Positions 18,098 through 27,587 of a DNA stretch of 64,000 nt are shown here, piece after piece. The position numbers and the translations under genes were made by a program. Below the pieces are notes generated by a model. The model did not search any database. It saw only the letters and a list, made by a program, of their open reading frames with translations, and was not told where the DNA came from. Numbering within the stretch: the stretch's first letter is position 1; every line of letters starts with the position of its first letter. The stretch is from Thermoanaerobaculia bacterium. GTDB taxonomy: Bacteria > Acidobacteriota > Thermoanaerobaculia > UBA5066. The DNA lies in assembly GCA_963719225.1 (NCBI GenBank), contig CAVRAY010000001.1, positions 1,824,001-1,888,000 of the forward strand, given 5' to 3'.

Positions 18098-18128
18098 ATA
18101 AAAAAGGCGCCGCCTTTCGGGCGGCGCC
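18098..18128 (-). terminator. Intrinsic terminator after the phasin gene
   Basis: Perfect 9-bp stem GGCGCCGCC/GGCGGCGCC (18106-18114/18120-18128) with a 5-nt loop, followed by a U-tract on the minus strand. Confidence 0.85.
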
Positions 18129-18155
18129 TCGCAGTCTATCCGATCCGGCCTCCGC

Positions 18156-18668
18156 CTACCGGCTTCGCCGCTTCGCGGGTGCCGGCTTGCGGCTCTTCAA
18201 GGCGTCGATCTTCCTGCCGAGGCCGTCGACCTTGGCCGAGAGGGAGCGGAGCTCCTTCCGCGTGGGGACGTTGAGGCTGTGGAGGCCCTTCTCGACCGCC
18301 GTGCCGACGGTCTCGGTCATGTTCTTCGCGACGCCCTCGGCCCGGCGCGCCGCCTCGGCTCCCGCCTTCTGAACGCGCACCTGGACGTCGCCGCCGACCT
18401 TGCCGGCGTTCTTGCGAAGCATCTGACCGAAGTCCCGGCCGGACTCCATCACGTCCTCCACGAACGCACGGGGGTCCTTCGCGAGAGATTCGCCGGTCTT
18501 CTTGAGATCGCGCGCGGCGACCTTGACCTTCTTTTCCGTCTGGACCGCGACGTTCTTCGCCTTCACGCTGAGGGCGTCGAAGCGGCTTCCCGCCGTCTTC
18601 AGAACTTTCTCGACGGGCGCGGGGACGTGGAACGGCAGCTTTGGAGCGGCCTTGCGTGTGGTTTTCAT
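18156..18668 (-). CDS. Phasin family protein (PhaI/PhaF-like)
   Basis: Amphipathic Lys/Ala-rich helices and C-terminal LNVPTRKELRSLSAKVDGL. AGGAG RBS; start overlaps the phaR stop. Confidence 0.7.
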   Translation of the reverse strand: MKTTRKAAPKLPFHVPAPVEKVLKTAGSRFDALSVKAKNVAVQTEKKVKVAARDLKKTGESLAKDPRAFVEDVMESGRDFGQMLRKNAGKVGGDVQVRVQKAGAEAARRAEGVAKNMTETVGTAVEKGLHSLNVPTRKELRSLSAKVDGLGRKIDALKSRKPAPAKRRSR

Positions 18669-19384
18669 ACGGTTCTCCTTTTCTTCAGGCGGGTGTTTCC
18701 CCGGTTGTTGCGAGGTGACGCCGCGGCGCGGCGTGGTGGCGGCTGTTCTGAGAACTTCGAGGGGAAAGCCCTCTTCGCGAGCGACTCGAGCTCGGCAAGA
18801 CGAGTCTTGAGATCATCGATCTCCTTCGCGAGGCCGGGCTGTGTGCCCGGGGTCAGCCGGCTCGCGATGTCGCGGACGCTGCCGACGATGTCGGAGAGGC
18901 TCTCGCGGAACACGAGACCGACGTCTTCGCGCAGGCGCGTCCCCTCTTCCCAGGTGAGCCGGCCCTTTTCGACGAGCCCGCCGACGATCTTCTCGACGTC
19001 CTGGCGGGCGTCCTCGAACCGGCGGGTGAGCGGGGCCAGGGTCCGGCCCAGGCGCTCGGGGCGCGAGGCGCGGCGCAGCTTCTCCGCGACGCGGGCGCCG
19101 CCGACGCGCTCGACCGCCTCGGCGACGGTTTCGGCGGCCTCGCTGCCCGCTCGCAGGAGCCGCGTCAGGGTGTCGGCGGAGGCGACGACGGGCGCGTGGC
19201 CGGACACGAGCGCGCGCGAGAGGATCTTCACCGTGATGTCCTCGCCCGTGTCCGCGTTGACGACTTCCACGCGATCCCCCTGGGAAACCGCCCGGGCCAG
19301 GTCCCCCAGCGTCACGAAACGGCGTTCACGAGCCTCGTAGAGCTTCCGGTTGCGGTATCGGACGATTCGGCGCGGATCGCTCAT
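18665..19384 (-). CDS. phaR: PhaR-type PHA synthesis regulator (N-terminal DNA-binding domain) with phasin-like C-terminus
   Basis: RIVRYRNRKLYEARERRFVTLGDLARAVSQGDRVEVVNADTGEDITVKIL is the PhaR N-terminal domain. C-terminal LVEKGRLTWEEG is typical of granule-associated proteins. Confidence 0.8.
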   Translation of the reverse strand: MSDPRRIVRYRNRKLYEARERRFVTLGDLARAVSQGDRVEVVNADTGEDITVKILSRALVSGHAPVVASADTLTRLLRAGSEAAETVAEAVERVGGARVAEKLRRASRPERLGRTLAPLTRRFEDARQDVEKIVGGLVEKGRLTWEEGTRLREDVGLVFRESLSDIVGSVRDIASRLTPGTQPGLAKEIDDLKTRLAELESLAKRAFPSKFSEQPPPRRAAASPRNNRGNTRLKKRRTV

Positions 19385-19390
19385 GGAACC

Positions 19391-19444
19391 AATATGACGC
19401 GCTGCGTAATCCATGTCAAGGGAAATTTTGACGCATTGCGTCAA
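19391..19444 (-). promoter_or_regulatory. Sigma70-type promoter of phaR with two palindromic operator candidates
   Basis: Minus strand TTGACA (19419-19414), 17-nt spacer, CATATT (19396-19391), then 6 nt to ATG. Palindromes ATGACGC-GCT-GCGTAAT (19394-19410) and TTGACGCA-T-TGCGTCAA (19428-19444). Confidence 0.7.
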
Positions 19445-19469
19445 TTCCCGGCCCGGCTAACATGAGGCC

Positions 19470-21152
19470 GTGCAGGGCACCCCGGCCCCGACTGCGTTCT
19501 CGCCGCCCTCCCTCCCGAGAGGGACGTCCCTGACGTGCCGTTCGTGGCTCACGGAAGCCCCGTACCGGATGCTCCTGAACAACCTCGATCCCGAGGTCGC
19601 CGAGCGCCGCGAGGACCTCGTCGTCTACGGCGGGTCGGGAAAGGCCGCCCGGAATCCCGCGTGCCTCGAGGCGATACTCGAAGAGCTTCGCCGACTCGGC
19701 GACGACGAGACCCTGCTCGTGCAGTCCGGAAAGCCGGTGGGGGTGTTCCGGACCCACGCCGACGCTCCGCGCGTCCTCATTGCGAACTCCAACCTCGTGC
19801 CGCACTGGGCGACGTGGGACGAGTTCCGGCGCCTCGAGGCTCTCGGTCTGACCATGTACGGCCAGATGACGGCGGGCTCGTGGATCTACATCGGCACGCA
19901 GGGGATCCTGCAGGGCACGTACGAGACCTTCGCGGAGGCGGCGCGCCGCGATCTCTCCTCGCCGGACGGTTCTCTCGCCCGGCGCCTCGTCGTGACGGCG
20001 GGGCTCGGCGGCATGGGTGGCGCGCAGCCGCTGGCCGCGACGATGTGCGGGGGAACGGCGCTGGTCGCGGAGGTGGACGGGGCCCGGATCGACAAGCGGC
20101 TCGCGACGCGCTACGTCGACGAGCGCGTCGACGACCTCGACGGCGGAATCGACCGCGCCCTCGCGGCGCGGGACCGCGGAGAGGCACGCTCCTACGGCGT
20201 CCGCGCGAACGCCGTGGACCTCCTCGAACGGCTCCTCGCGCGCGGCCTCGTCCCGGATCTCCTGACGGATCAGACGTCCGCGCACGACGAGCTGAACGGC
20301 TACGTTCCGCACGGCCTCCCGTACGAGGACGCGCTCCGTCTCAGGTCGGCCGACCCCGAGGCCTACCGCCGCCGCGCGATCTCCTCGATGGGAGCGCACG
20401 TGGAGGCGATGCTCGCGCTCAAGTCCCGCGGCGCGGTGACGTTCGACTACGGAAACAACCTGAGGGCCGGGGCCGAGAAGGCGGGCGTGACGAACGCGTT
20501 CGACATCGCCGGCTTCGTTCCGTTGTACATCCGCCCTCTGTTCTGCGAGGGCAAGGGGCCGTTCCGGTGGGCGGCGCTCTCGGGGGATCCCGGTGACATC
20601 GCCGAGACCGATCGGGAGATCCTGCGATTGTTCCCCGAGAACGCCGCGCTCAGGCGCTGGATCACTCTGGCGGGTGAGCGGGTCTCGTTCCAGGGGCTGC
20701 CCGCGCGCATCTGCTGGCTCGGGTACGGGGAGCGGGCCCGGGCTGGGCTCGCTTTCAACGAGCTCGTGCGCTCCGGCCGGGTGAAGGCCCCGATCGTGAT
20801 CGGACGCGACCATCTCGACTGCGGCTCCGTCGCGTCTCCGAACCGGGAGACGGAGGCCATGGCGGACGGCAGCGACGCGATCGCGGACTGGCCGGTGCTG
20901 AACGCGCTCCTGAACACCGCCTCCGGCGCGACGTGGGTCTCCTTCCATCACGGCGGCGGCGTCGGGATCGGCTACTCGCTCCACGCCGGGATGGTCGTCG
21001 TCGCGGACGGGACCGAGAAGGCCGCGGCGCGTCTCTCCCGCGTCCTCACGACGGATCCCGGCATGGGCATCGTGCGCCACGCGGACGCCGGCTATCCGGA
21101 GGCGCTCGCCTGCGCCGCGCGTCACGGGATCCGGATCCCGATGGCGCGCTGA
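19470..21152 (+). CDS. hutU: Urocanate hydratase
   Basis: [58 protein letters not shown] and HHGGGVGIG. Confidence 0.98.
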   Translation: MQGTPAPTAFSPPSLPRGTSLTCRSWLTEAPYRMLLNNLDPEVAERREDLVVYGGSGKAARNPACLEAILEELRRLGDDETLLVQSGKPVGVFRTHADAPRVLIANSNLVPHWATWDEFRRLEALGLTMYGQMTAGSWIYIGTQGILQGTYETFAEAARRDLSSPDGSLARRLVVTAGLGGMGGAQPLAATMCGGTALVAEVDGARIDKRLATRYVDERVDDLDGGIDRALAARDRGEARSYGVRANAVDLLERLLARGLVPDLLTDQTSAHDELNGYVPHGLPYEDALRLRSADPEAYRRRAISSMGAHVEAMLALKSRGAVTFDYGNNLRAGAEKAGVTNAFDIAGFVPLYIRPLFCEGKGPFRWAALSGDPGDIAETDREILRLFPENAALRRWITLAGERVSFQGLPARICWLGYGERARAGLAFNELVRSGRVKAPIVIGRDHLDCGSVASPNRETEAMADGSDAIADWPVLNALLNTASGATWVSFHHGGGVGIGYSLHAGMVVVADGTEKAAARLSRVLTTDPGMGIVRHADAGYPEALACAARHGIRIPMAR

Positions 21153-21160
21153 CGCACTTG

Positions 21161-24100
21161 ATGCCGCGCGCGCGCCGCACCGCCGTCTTCTGGCTGTTCG
21201 CCGCCGCGCTCGGCGCGCTCGGTCTTTCGCTCGCCGCGCGCCTCGCGCCGGCGGGTGGTGCGGCCCGGGACGCGCGCGCCGCTCTCTTTCTCGGATCGGC
21301 GGAGCGATCTCTGGAACGCGATGCCGAGACGCTTCGCCGGACCGCGGGACGGATTCACGCCGGGCGGGAATTTGCGGCCATCGCGGACGGCGGCGGCGCG
21401 GAAGTGCGTCCCGCGAAGCTTTTCTCCATCCTGGGGGAGTCGTTGCCGAAGGGGCCCGGCTGGGGGGCGGTGTTCTTCGACCGCACGAGCCGCCCGGTTG
21501 CCTGGGCGGGGGAGGCCGCGGGGCTCGAGGCCGAGCGGGGGCCTGCGACGTCGGGATACGTCACGTCCTTTCACGTGACGCGCGTGTTTCTCGGCTATGT
21601 CGCGCCGCGCGGCGAACGGGGGGCGCGCGGCACCCTCGTCGTCACGCGACGCTATCCGACCGGGATCCTCCGGCCTGACCTCATCGAGTTCCTCGCGCTC
21701 GAGGAGGGGCCGACACGCCTCCGGATGCGCGTCACGGCCTCCGAGAGGCGCGACCGGCTGCTCGCGCTCTCCCTCGAGAGCTCCGAGCCGGGACTCGCAA
21801 ACGAGGACGTGAGGCGTGCGCGGGCCTTCAGGCCCGCCCTGCTCCTGGCGTTTCTCACCATCGCCCTCGGGTGGGCGGCGAGACATCCCGTCGCCGGCTT
21901 CGTGGCCGCCCGGTGGGCCCTCCTCCTCGGAACGCCGCTCGGTGCCTCCGGGGCCTTCGCCGTCGGATGGAATCCCCCGTTCCTGCTCGGGCTTTTCGGA
22001 ACGCCCGCGGATGCTTTCCTCTCGGGCCTCGCGGCCCTCGTTCTCGCGCGATCGTTTATGGGGCGGGCACGCGGGCGGCCCGGTGGGCCGTACGGCCTTC
22101 TCCTGGCGATTCCCGTCGCTCTCGCGCCCGGTCTCCTCGGGCGAGCGGCCGCCCTTCTCGCGCCGGGTTCCTTCGACACGATGTCCCTGATTCCACCAGG
22201 GCTGCCGGACTTCTTCGTGCAGACTGGTCTTCTCGCGCTCGCGGCGGCGGTCCTCGCGTGCGCGTCGCTCCTTCCGAAGCCGGGGGCGGCGCGACGGAGC
22301 CGCATCGCGACCGCGCTGGGGCTGGCGGCGCTCGTGGCCGCACTCGCCTTCGCCGGATCGCCGTTGCATCTTCTTTTTCTGATTCTCGCGTCCGTCGCGT
22401 TGACGTTCGCGCTCGCGCGCCGGGTGCGTCCCTCTGTCCGAACCGATCTTCTCTCCCGAGCCGCGACCGCCGTGTTCGTCGTCGCCGCCTCGACGCTCCT
22501 CTTCGCGGCCGGACTCGCGGACGGGCGCCTGAGACGCGTGGACGCGGCGATCGCGAGGGCCGAGGTCCTCGCCCGAAGAGACGGCGCTGCCGTACGGGCG
22601 GAATCCGTACGGCGCTGGGAGCGCCGGGTGGCATCGCCGTCCCTGGAGCCGTGGCTCCCGGCGGGGGAGCGCACGCAGCGGGATGATCTGGCCCGCGCTC
22701 TGTGGGCGCGGGGGGCCGACGAATCGTTTCCCGAGCTCGGAGACACGCTCACGATTCGGAGCCCGGGCGGAGCCACGATGTCCTCCTTCGGCGTGATCCG
22801 ACCGGGACGCCGCACCCAGGATCTGGTCTCGCCGGCGGTCATTCCTGCGGCATTTCCGGCGGAGTTTCGCCACGTACCCTGGCCGCGGGAGCCCGAGCGG
22901 GACCCTCTCCTGTCGGCCGTCGCGTCCCGCGACGTCCCCGACCGTGTCGCCGTCGAGCGACTCGAATGGGACGCCGCCGGGCGGGCGACGGGATCGCGCG
23001 GCGACGGCATCGAGATGCCTGACCGGATTCTGGGCCGCGCCCGCCGATCCGGGGAAGCCGTCGAGACCCTCTCGACGCCGGACGGACTGCGCCGCGTACA
23101 CGTCCGGACGGCCGCCACGGGCTTCACGGGATTCGGGGCTCCGGCTGAGACGAACCTCGCGGTTGCCGGAGCCGCCGTGGCGGCGGGTGAGGCGGCGCTC
23201 GTCATCCTCGTTCCCATCCTCTTCGTCGGCATGCCGGCTCTGGGTGTCGCGTGGCGATTCCCGCGGCGTTTCTTCGCGACGTTCCGCGCGCGTCTGGTCG
23301 CGCTCGTCCTGGTCTTCGGCGCTCTTCCGCTCGCCTTGAGCGTCGTGTTCGTGCGGATCGCGCTCGAGGGCCACGCGTCGGGAGAGACGGCACGGCGCTC
23401 GCGCGACGTGGTTTCCGAAGGGAGGCGCCTCCTGGAGGGGGACGCGGCGGGCGGAGCTCTCTCTCCGGAAGCCGCGCTGAATCGCGCCGCCGCGGTCGTC
23501 GGCTGGGACCTCCTCCGCTATCGGGACGGAACGCTCGTCGCCGCGTCCCGCGCGTTACCCGTCGCGGCGGAGGTGGCGCGCGAAAGGCTTGCCTCTCCGA
23601 TCGCACAGGAGCTGGCGGAAGGACGGCCTTCGGCCTTCGCGGCGCGAGGCGCTCTCGCCTCCGGCGGTCCGCGGGTCGTGGAGGCGGCGGAAGCGGTCTC
23701 GGGGGACGGGCGTGAGGCGCTCGCGGTCGTCGTCGCCGAGGACGAGGCCGTGCGGTCCGCCGCCGACGCGCTCCTTCTGCTCTCCGTGGCGGTCGCGCTC
23801 GCGGCCGTGGGCCTCGGAGGCCGGGCGGCCCTCGCGCTCGGAGAGCCGCTCGAGGAGCTCATCGCGGCCACCGCGAACGTGGGCGAGGGACGCCCGCTGC
23901 CTCCGCTCATCCGGCCCGCCAACGTGGATCTCGCCCGCCTCGTCGACGCCTTCACCGAGATGTCCGCGCGCGTCGAGGAGCGGACGGAATCCCTGGCACA
24001 GGAGCGAGCGTCCGCCCTGGGTCTTCTCGGGAATCTCACGGCCGCCGTCTTGCTGTTTCGGCGGGGCGACGGAACCGTTCTTCTCGCGAATCCGGCCGCA

Positions 24101-25039
24101 GATCGGCTGCTTCCGGGCGGCAGCCTGGCCGAGCGGCTCGCCGGCGCCCGGTGGGTCGCTCTCCGATCGGCTCTCGAAGAGGCGATGATGCGCCCGTCGC
24201 CGTACGAGACGCGCGTGACGATTCCGGGGCCGTCGGGTGAGCGGTTCTTCCGCGTGGCGATCGTGACGCTCCCTGGAGAGGAGCGCGCCCCTCGCGTGAT
24301 CCTTCTGCTCGAAGACCTCACTGATTTTCTTCGCGCCGACAGGCTCGCCGCGTGGGTCGACGCCGCCCGCTCGATCGCCCATGACATCAAGAACCCCCTG
24401 ACGCCGATCCGGCTCGCGGCCGAGCGCCTCCGGCGCTTCGAGGTCAAGCGCGAAGCGCCGCCGACGGGGGCGATCGGAGAGGTCGCGGCGGGAATCCTCC
24501 GGCAGGTCGGAATCCTCACGGATCGGATCGGCCGCCTCGGGCGGTTCGGCGATCCTGCGGTGGTCGAGCGGCGCGTTCTGGCGCGCGCAGACGTCGCCCG
24601 CCTCCTCGACGAGGTCGCCGCCGACTTCCGGGCGCACGAAACGCTCGCGATCGAGACCGAGACGGATCCGGCCCTTCAGCCCTTCGCAGCAGACCCCTTT
24701 CTCGTCCGCGACGCGCTGACGAACTTCGTCGTGAACGCGGTCGAGGCCATCGGGACCGCGCGAGGCCGCGTCCGACTCTCCGCCCGAAACGCGGCGCTCG
24801 ACTCCGGCGAGGCCGCCGTGCGCTTCACGTGCGAGGACGACGGCCCGGGCGTCCCGGAAGACGTCGCGGGGAGGCTCTTCGAGCCCACGTTTTCGACGAA
24901 GTCCCGCGGGTCGGGGATGGGCCTCGCGGCCGTGCGACGGGCGGCGGAGCATCACCTGGGAACGGTGTTCGCGCATGCGCGCTCCGGCGGCGGGCTCGTC
25001 GTGGGCTTCACGCTCCCCGCGCTATCATCCCCTTCGTGA
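21161..25039 (+). CDS. Large multi-TM sensor histidine kinase (NtrY-like core)
   Basis: Many TM segments, a HAMP/PAS-like region, H-box AHDIKNPLTPI, N-box NFVVNAVEA, G1 EDDGPG, F-box FEPTFSTK and G2 GSGMGL. Confidence 0.9.
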   Translation: MPRARRTAVFWLFAAALGALGLSLAARLAPAGGAARDARAALFLGSAERSLERDAETLRRTAGRIHAGREFAAIADGGGAEVRPAKLFSILGESLPKGPGWGAVFFDRTSRPVAWAGEAAGLEAERGPATSGYVTSFHVTRVFLGYVAPRGERGARGTLVVTRRYPTGILRPDLIEFLALEEGPTRLRMRVTASERRDRLLALSLESSEPGLANEDVRRARAFRPALLLAFLTIALGWAARHPVAGFVAARWALLLGTPLGASGAFAVGWNPPFLLGLFGTPADAFLSGLAALVLARSFMGRARGRPGGPYGLLLAIPVALAPGLLGRAAALLAPGSFDTMSLIPPGLPDFFVQTGLLALAAAVLACASLLPKPGAARRSRIATALGLAALVAALAFAGSPLHLLFLILASVALTFALARRVRPSVRTDLLSRAATAVFVVAASTLLFAAGLADGRLRRVDAAIARAEVLARRDGAAVRAESVRRWERRVASPSLEPWLPAGERTQRDDLARALWARGADESFPELGDTLTIRSPGGATMSSFGVIRPGRRTQDLVSPAVIPAAFPAEFRHVPWPREPERDPLLSAVASRDVPDRVAVERLEWDAAGRATGSRGDGIEMPDRILGRARRSGEAVETLSTPDGLRRVHVRTAATGFTGFGAPAETNLAVAGAAVAAGEAALVILVPILFVGMPALGVAWRFPRRFFATFRARLVALVLVFGALPLALSVVFVRIALEGHASGETARRSRDVVSEGRRLLEGDAAGGALSPEAALNRAAAVVGWDLLRYRDGTLVAASRALPVAAEVARERLASPIAQELAEGRPSAFAARGALASGGPRVVEAAEAVSGDGREALAVVVAEDEAVRSAADALLLLSVAVALAAVGLGGRAALALGEPLEELIAATANVGEGRPLPPLIRPANVDLARLVDAFTEMSARVEERTESLAQERASALGLLGNLTAAVLLFRRGDGTVLLANPAADRLLPGGSLAERLAGARWVALRSALEEAMMRPSPYETRVTIPGPSGERFFRVAIVTLPGEERAPRVILLLEDLTDFLRADRLAAWVDAARSIAHDIKNPLTPIRLAAERLRRFEVKREAPPTGAIGEVAAGILRQVGILTDRIGRLGRFGDPAVVERRVLARADVARLLDEVAADFRAHETLAIETETDPALQPFAADPFLVRDALTNFVVNAVEAIGTARGRVRLSARNAALDSGEAAVRFTCEDDGPGVPEDVAGRLFEPTFSTKSRGSGMGLAAVRRAAEHHLGTVFAHARSGGGLVVGFTLPALSSPS

Positions 25040-26592
25040 CTCACCCGGCTTCTTGCCGGCGCGGCGCGCTCGCCGCGGGCCGTACGGCTGTCCGGTCTCT
25101 CTCCGGAATCCTCGTCGCCTCGATCCTCCTGACTCCGGCCTCGTGCCGGAAGCCACAGCCGGGGGCCGCTCCCGAAACGTCGCCGGCGGCCCCGCGCGGC
25201 GACGGTCTCTTTCTCGCCGAGGCGCCGGCTTTCGTGCCGGACGACGTCGACGCCGAGCTCGGATCGATGCGGATCGTGCGCCTCTACGTACCCGCCGCGA
25301 CGCTCTCCCGCGCGGGAATCGTCAAGCCCCTGCCGCCTCCTCCGTCGCCGCTCAAGCGGCCGCTCGTGCTGACCGTCATCGGCGAGGAGGGGGCGGCGGC
25401 GAGCGTCACGGGCCGCGGAGAGGCGATGGGCGCGGAATGGGCCCGCTCCCTGGCCCCGATCCTCGGCGACGCAAGGAGCTGGGGGACCGTGGAAGGCGTC
25501 CATTTTCACCTGTGGCCGTCGCCCGAGCTGGCCAAGGATCTCGGTGCCGCGCTCGCGTCCGCTCGGAAGGGACTCGGCGTCCCGGTTTCCGTCACGCTTC
25601 CGCCCTCGGCCGAGCCGGACAGATGGAAACCCCTCGCGGGTGCGGCAAGCGAAGCCCTCGTTCTGGCGTTCGGGCGGCGACCGGAGCTCGGAGGACAGCT
25701 CGTGAGCGAGTGGTCCGAAGAGAACGCGCGCGCTTTTCCGCTCCCGTTCCGGCTGCTGGTGGTTTTCGGCGGATACGGTTACGCGGGGGACGGGACGACT
25801 TTCGCGGGCCGCATCCTGCCGGACGGAATGATCGACGAATTCTCCAAGGATCGCGCTCTCGACTTCCACTTCGGGCAGGTCTTCTCCTCGGAGCCCGGCA
25901 CCATCTGCATCTTCAAGCCAAAGGCGGGATCGAGAGGCTCCTCCCTCGCCGCGGACGGCGGCTACGCGCGTTTCCAGGCTCTGACGGTCGGCGAGGCGCT
26001 GCGTTTCCTGGTGCGAGCGGCGCGCTGGTCCATCCCGAACCTCCGAGGGCGCGTCTTCCTCGTCGAAGGAGTGCCGAAGGACGGCCACCTGGTGGGCTAC
26101 CCGGCCGTGCGGGCTCTCCTGACCGGAAAGGCGCTCGAGGCCCGGCTCGAGGTCGAGGCGCTTCCGGGCGAATCGGGGCGCGGAAACGCGGAATTCGCCC
26201 TGCGGGTCACGAACGTAGGCCCGACGCCGACCGATCTTTCGCATTACAACAACTGGGTTCAGATCCGGGTCGACGGCGGTACGGTGGCGAGCGTGAAGCC
26301 CGGGGACTTCGACCGGTACGAGCAGCTGACTTCCGAGGCGGAGGGGTACAGGCCGACGAGCTCGAGCCGGGCCGTCGTATGCCGTCTCTTCGAGAACATC
26401 TTCGCGTCCGGCGAAAAGAACCAGTCCGGTCCGATACGCCTGTCCGGAACGCATCCGCGGGTTTTTCTCAGCTGGCACGTCACCCTGCCGGACGGGAAGC
26501 TGGTGTCCGGGCCGGAGACCGAGGCGACCGTGACGGTCCCGCCTCCGGCCGCGCCCGCACCGAAGCCGAGGCCTCGAAGCCGCAGGCGCTAG
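25036..26592 (+). CDS. Putative lipoprotein, possibly DUF3142/GH18-like barrel plus C-terminal beta domain
   Basis: Lipobox-like LLTPASC; VEGVHFHL...ALASARKGLGVPVSVTLP resembles DUF3142 proteins. GTGA coupling to the kinase gene. Confidence 0.5.
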   Translation: MTHPASCRRGALAAGRTAVRSLSGILVASILLTPASCRKPQPGAAPETSPAAPRGDGLFLAEAPAFVPDDVDAELGSMRIVRLYVPAATLSRAGIVKPLPPPPSPLKRPLVLTVIGEEGAAASVTGRGEAMGAEWARSLAPILGDARSWGTVEGVHFHLWPSPELAKDLGAALASARKGLGVPVSVTLPPSAEPDRWKPLAGAASEALVLAFGRRPELGGQLVSEWSEENARAFPLPFRLLVVFGGYGYAGDGTTFAGRILPDGMIDEFSKDRALDFHFGQVFSSEPGTICIFKPKAGSRGSSLAADGGYARFQALTVGEALRFLVRAARWSIPNLRGRVFLVEGVPKDGHLVGYPAVRALLTGKALEARLEVEALPGESGRGNAEFALRVTNVGPTPTDLSHYNNWVQIRVDGGTVASVKPGDFDRYEQLTSEAEGYRPTSSSRAVVCRLFENIFASGEKNQSGPIRLSGTHPRVFLSWHVTLPDGKLVSGPETEATVTVPPPAAPAPKPRPRSRRR

Positions 26593-27587
26593 ACGAGCCA
26601 GCCCCTCTCCAGGACGGCCTGCTCGGCGAGCCGCACCGCGAGCAGAGCCCCCGCGCGCCTCAGGTGGTCGGCCGCGAGGGTGAGCGCCACGCTCCGCCCC
26701 GACATCTCGCAGCGCAGGAGCAGCGTCTCGTCGCGCCCGGCCGATTCCACGGGTCCGGAAAGATCCTCGGGGTCGACGACGTCGAAGGCGTGTTTGTGCG
26801 CGCGGAAGAGTGCGAGAAGGGTCTCCGAATCCGGAGCCGCACCATCGAGGCGCAGCTCGACGCGCAGGAAATGGCCGTGAAACACGCCGCCGCGAGCCGA
26901 CAGAACCGCCGTGGGGAGCGGCCTCCCGAGGAGGGCCTCGAGATCCTCCCCGACGCTCTTCTCGAACGTGCCGGAGTCGGGGGGCACCCAGAAATTGAAG
27001 GCCCCCTGCGTCTCGAGGATCTCCTTCGGGAGCGGGCGGAAGGTCGCGAGCGCGAGGGCCTGCTGGAAGAGCTCGTCGAGGGCGGCCTTGCCGAGCTCGC
27101 TCACGGGGCGGTCCACCGCTGCGGTGACGCCGGCGACGGGGACGACCGTCTCGACGAGACGGATCGTCTCGGCGAGGACGAACGCGACGGGGTGAGGCGT
27201 GAGGAAGAGGTTCCCTTCCGGGAGCGTTTTCGACTCGACGCCCTCCGAAGGCACGACGAGCGGCTGGCCGTTGCGGACGCCCGAGAGATCGATCGCCAGA
27301 GCGTCGTCTTTCCTCGTCGCGAGGAAACGGGCCGTGTCGGCGGCACTTCCGCACAGGAACGCGATCCGGCTCGTCTCGAGGGCGTCGGGCGTCAGCGGGG
27401 CCACGAAGGCGACCTCGTCGTCGTCGGCGGCCAGGAGGCCCGTGTCTCCCGAGGCCTGGTGAAAGAGGTGAACGCGCGACGCGGGAAACTTCCGCTCCGT
27501 CAAGGCGGCTCGGACGTCGCGGCCGAGAAGCGTCGTCGGCTCCACGAGAGCGACGACGAGGCCTGATCCGGGCGCCGCCTGGGTCAA
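26589..27587 (-). CDS. Aspartate-semialdehyde dehydrogenase-like protein (degenerate active site)
   Basis: Asd-like layout: FPAS...L, AFLCG, AIDLSG, PVSELGKAALDELFQQ, QGAFN, VFHGH and ADHLR. Start TTG 27587 overlaps the pssA stop. Confidence 0.75.
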   Translation of the reverse strand: MTQAAPGSGLVVALVEPTTLLGRDVRAALTERKFPASRVHLFHQASGDTGLLAADDDEVAFVAPLTPDALETSRIAFLCGSAADTARFLATRKDDALAIDLSGVRNGQPLVVPSEGVESKTLPEGNLFLTPHPVAFVLAETIRLVETVVPVAGVTAAVDRPVSELGKAALDELFQQALALATFRPLPKEILETQGAFNFWVPPDSGTFEKSVGEDLEALLGRPLPTAVLSARGGVFHGHFLRVELRLDGAAPDSETLLALFRAHKHAFDVVDPEDLSGPVESAGRDETLLLRCEMSGRSVALTLAADHLRRAGALLAVRLAEQAVLERGWLV

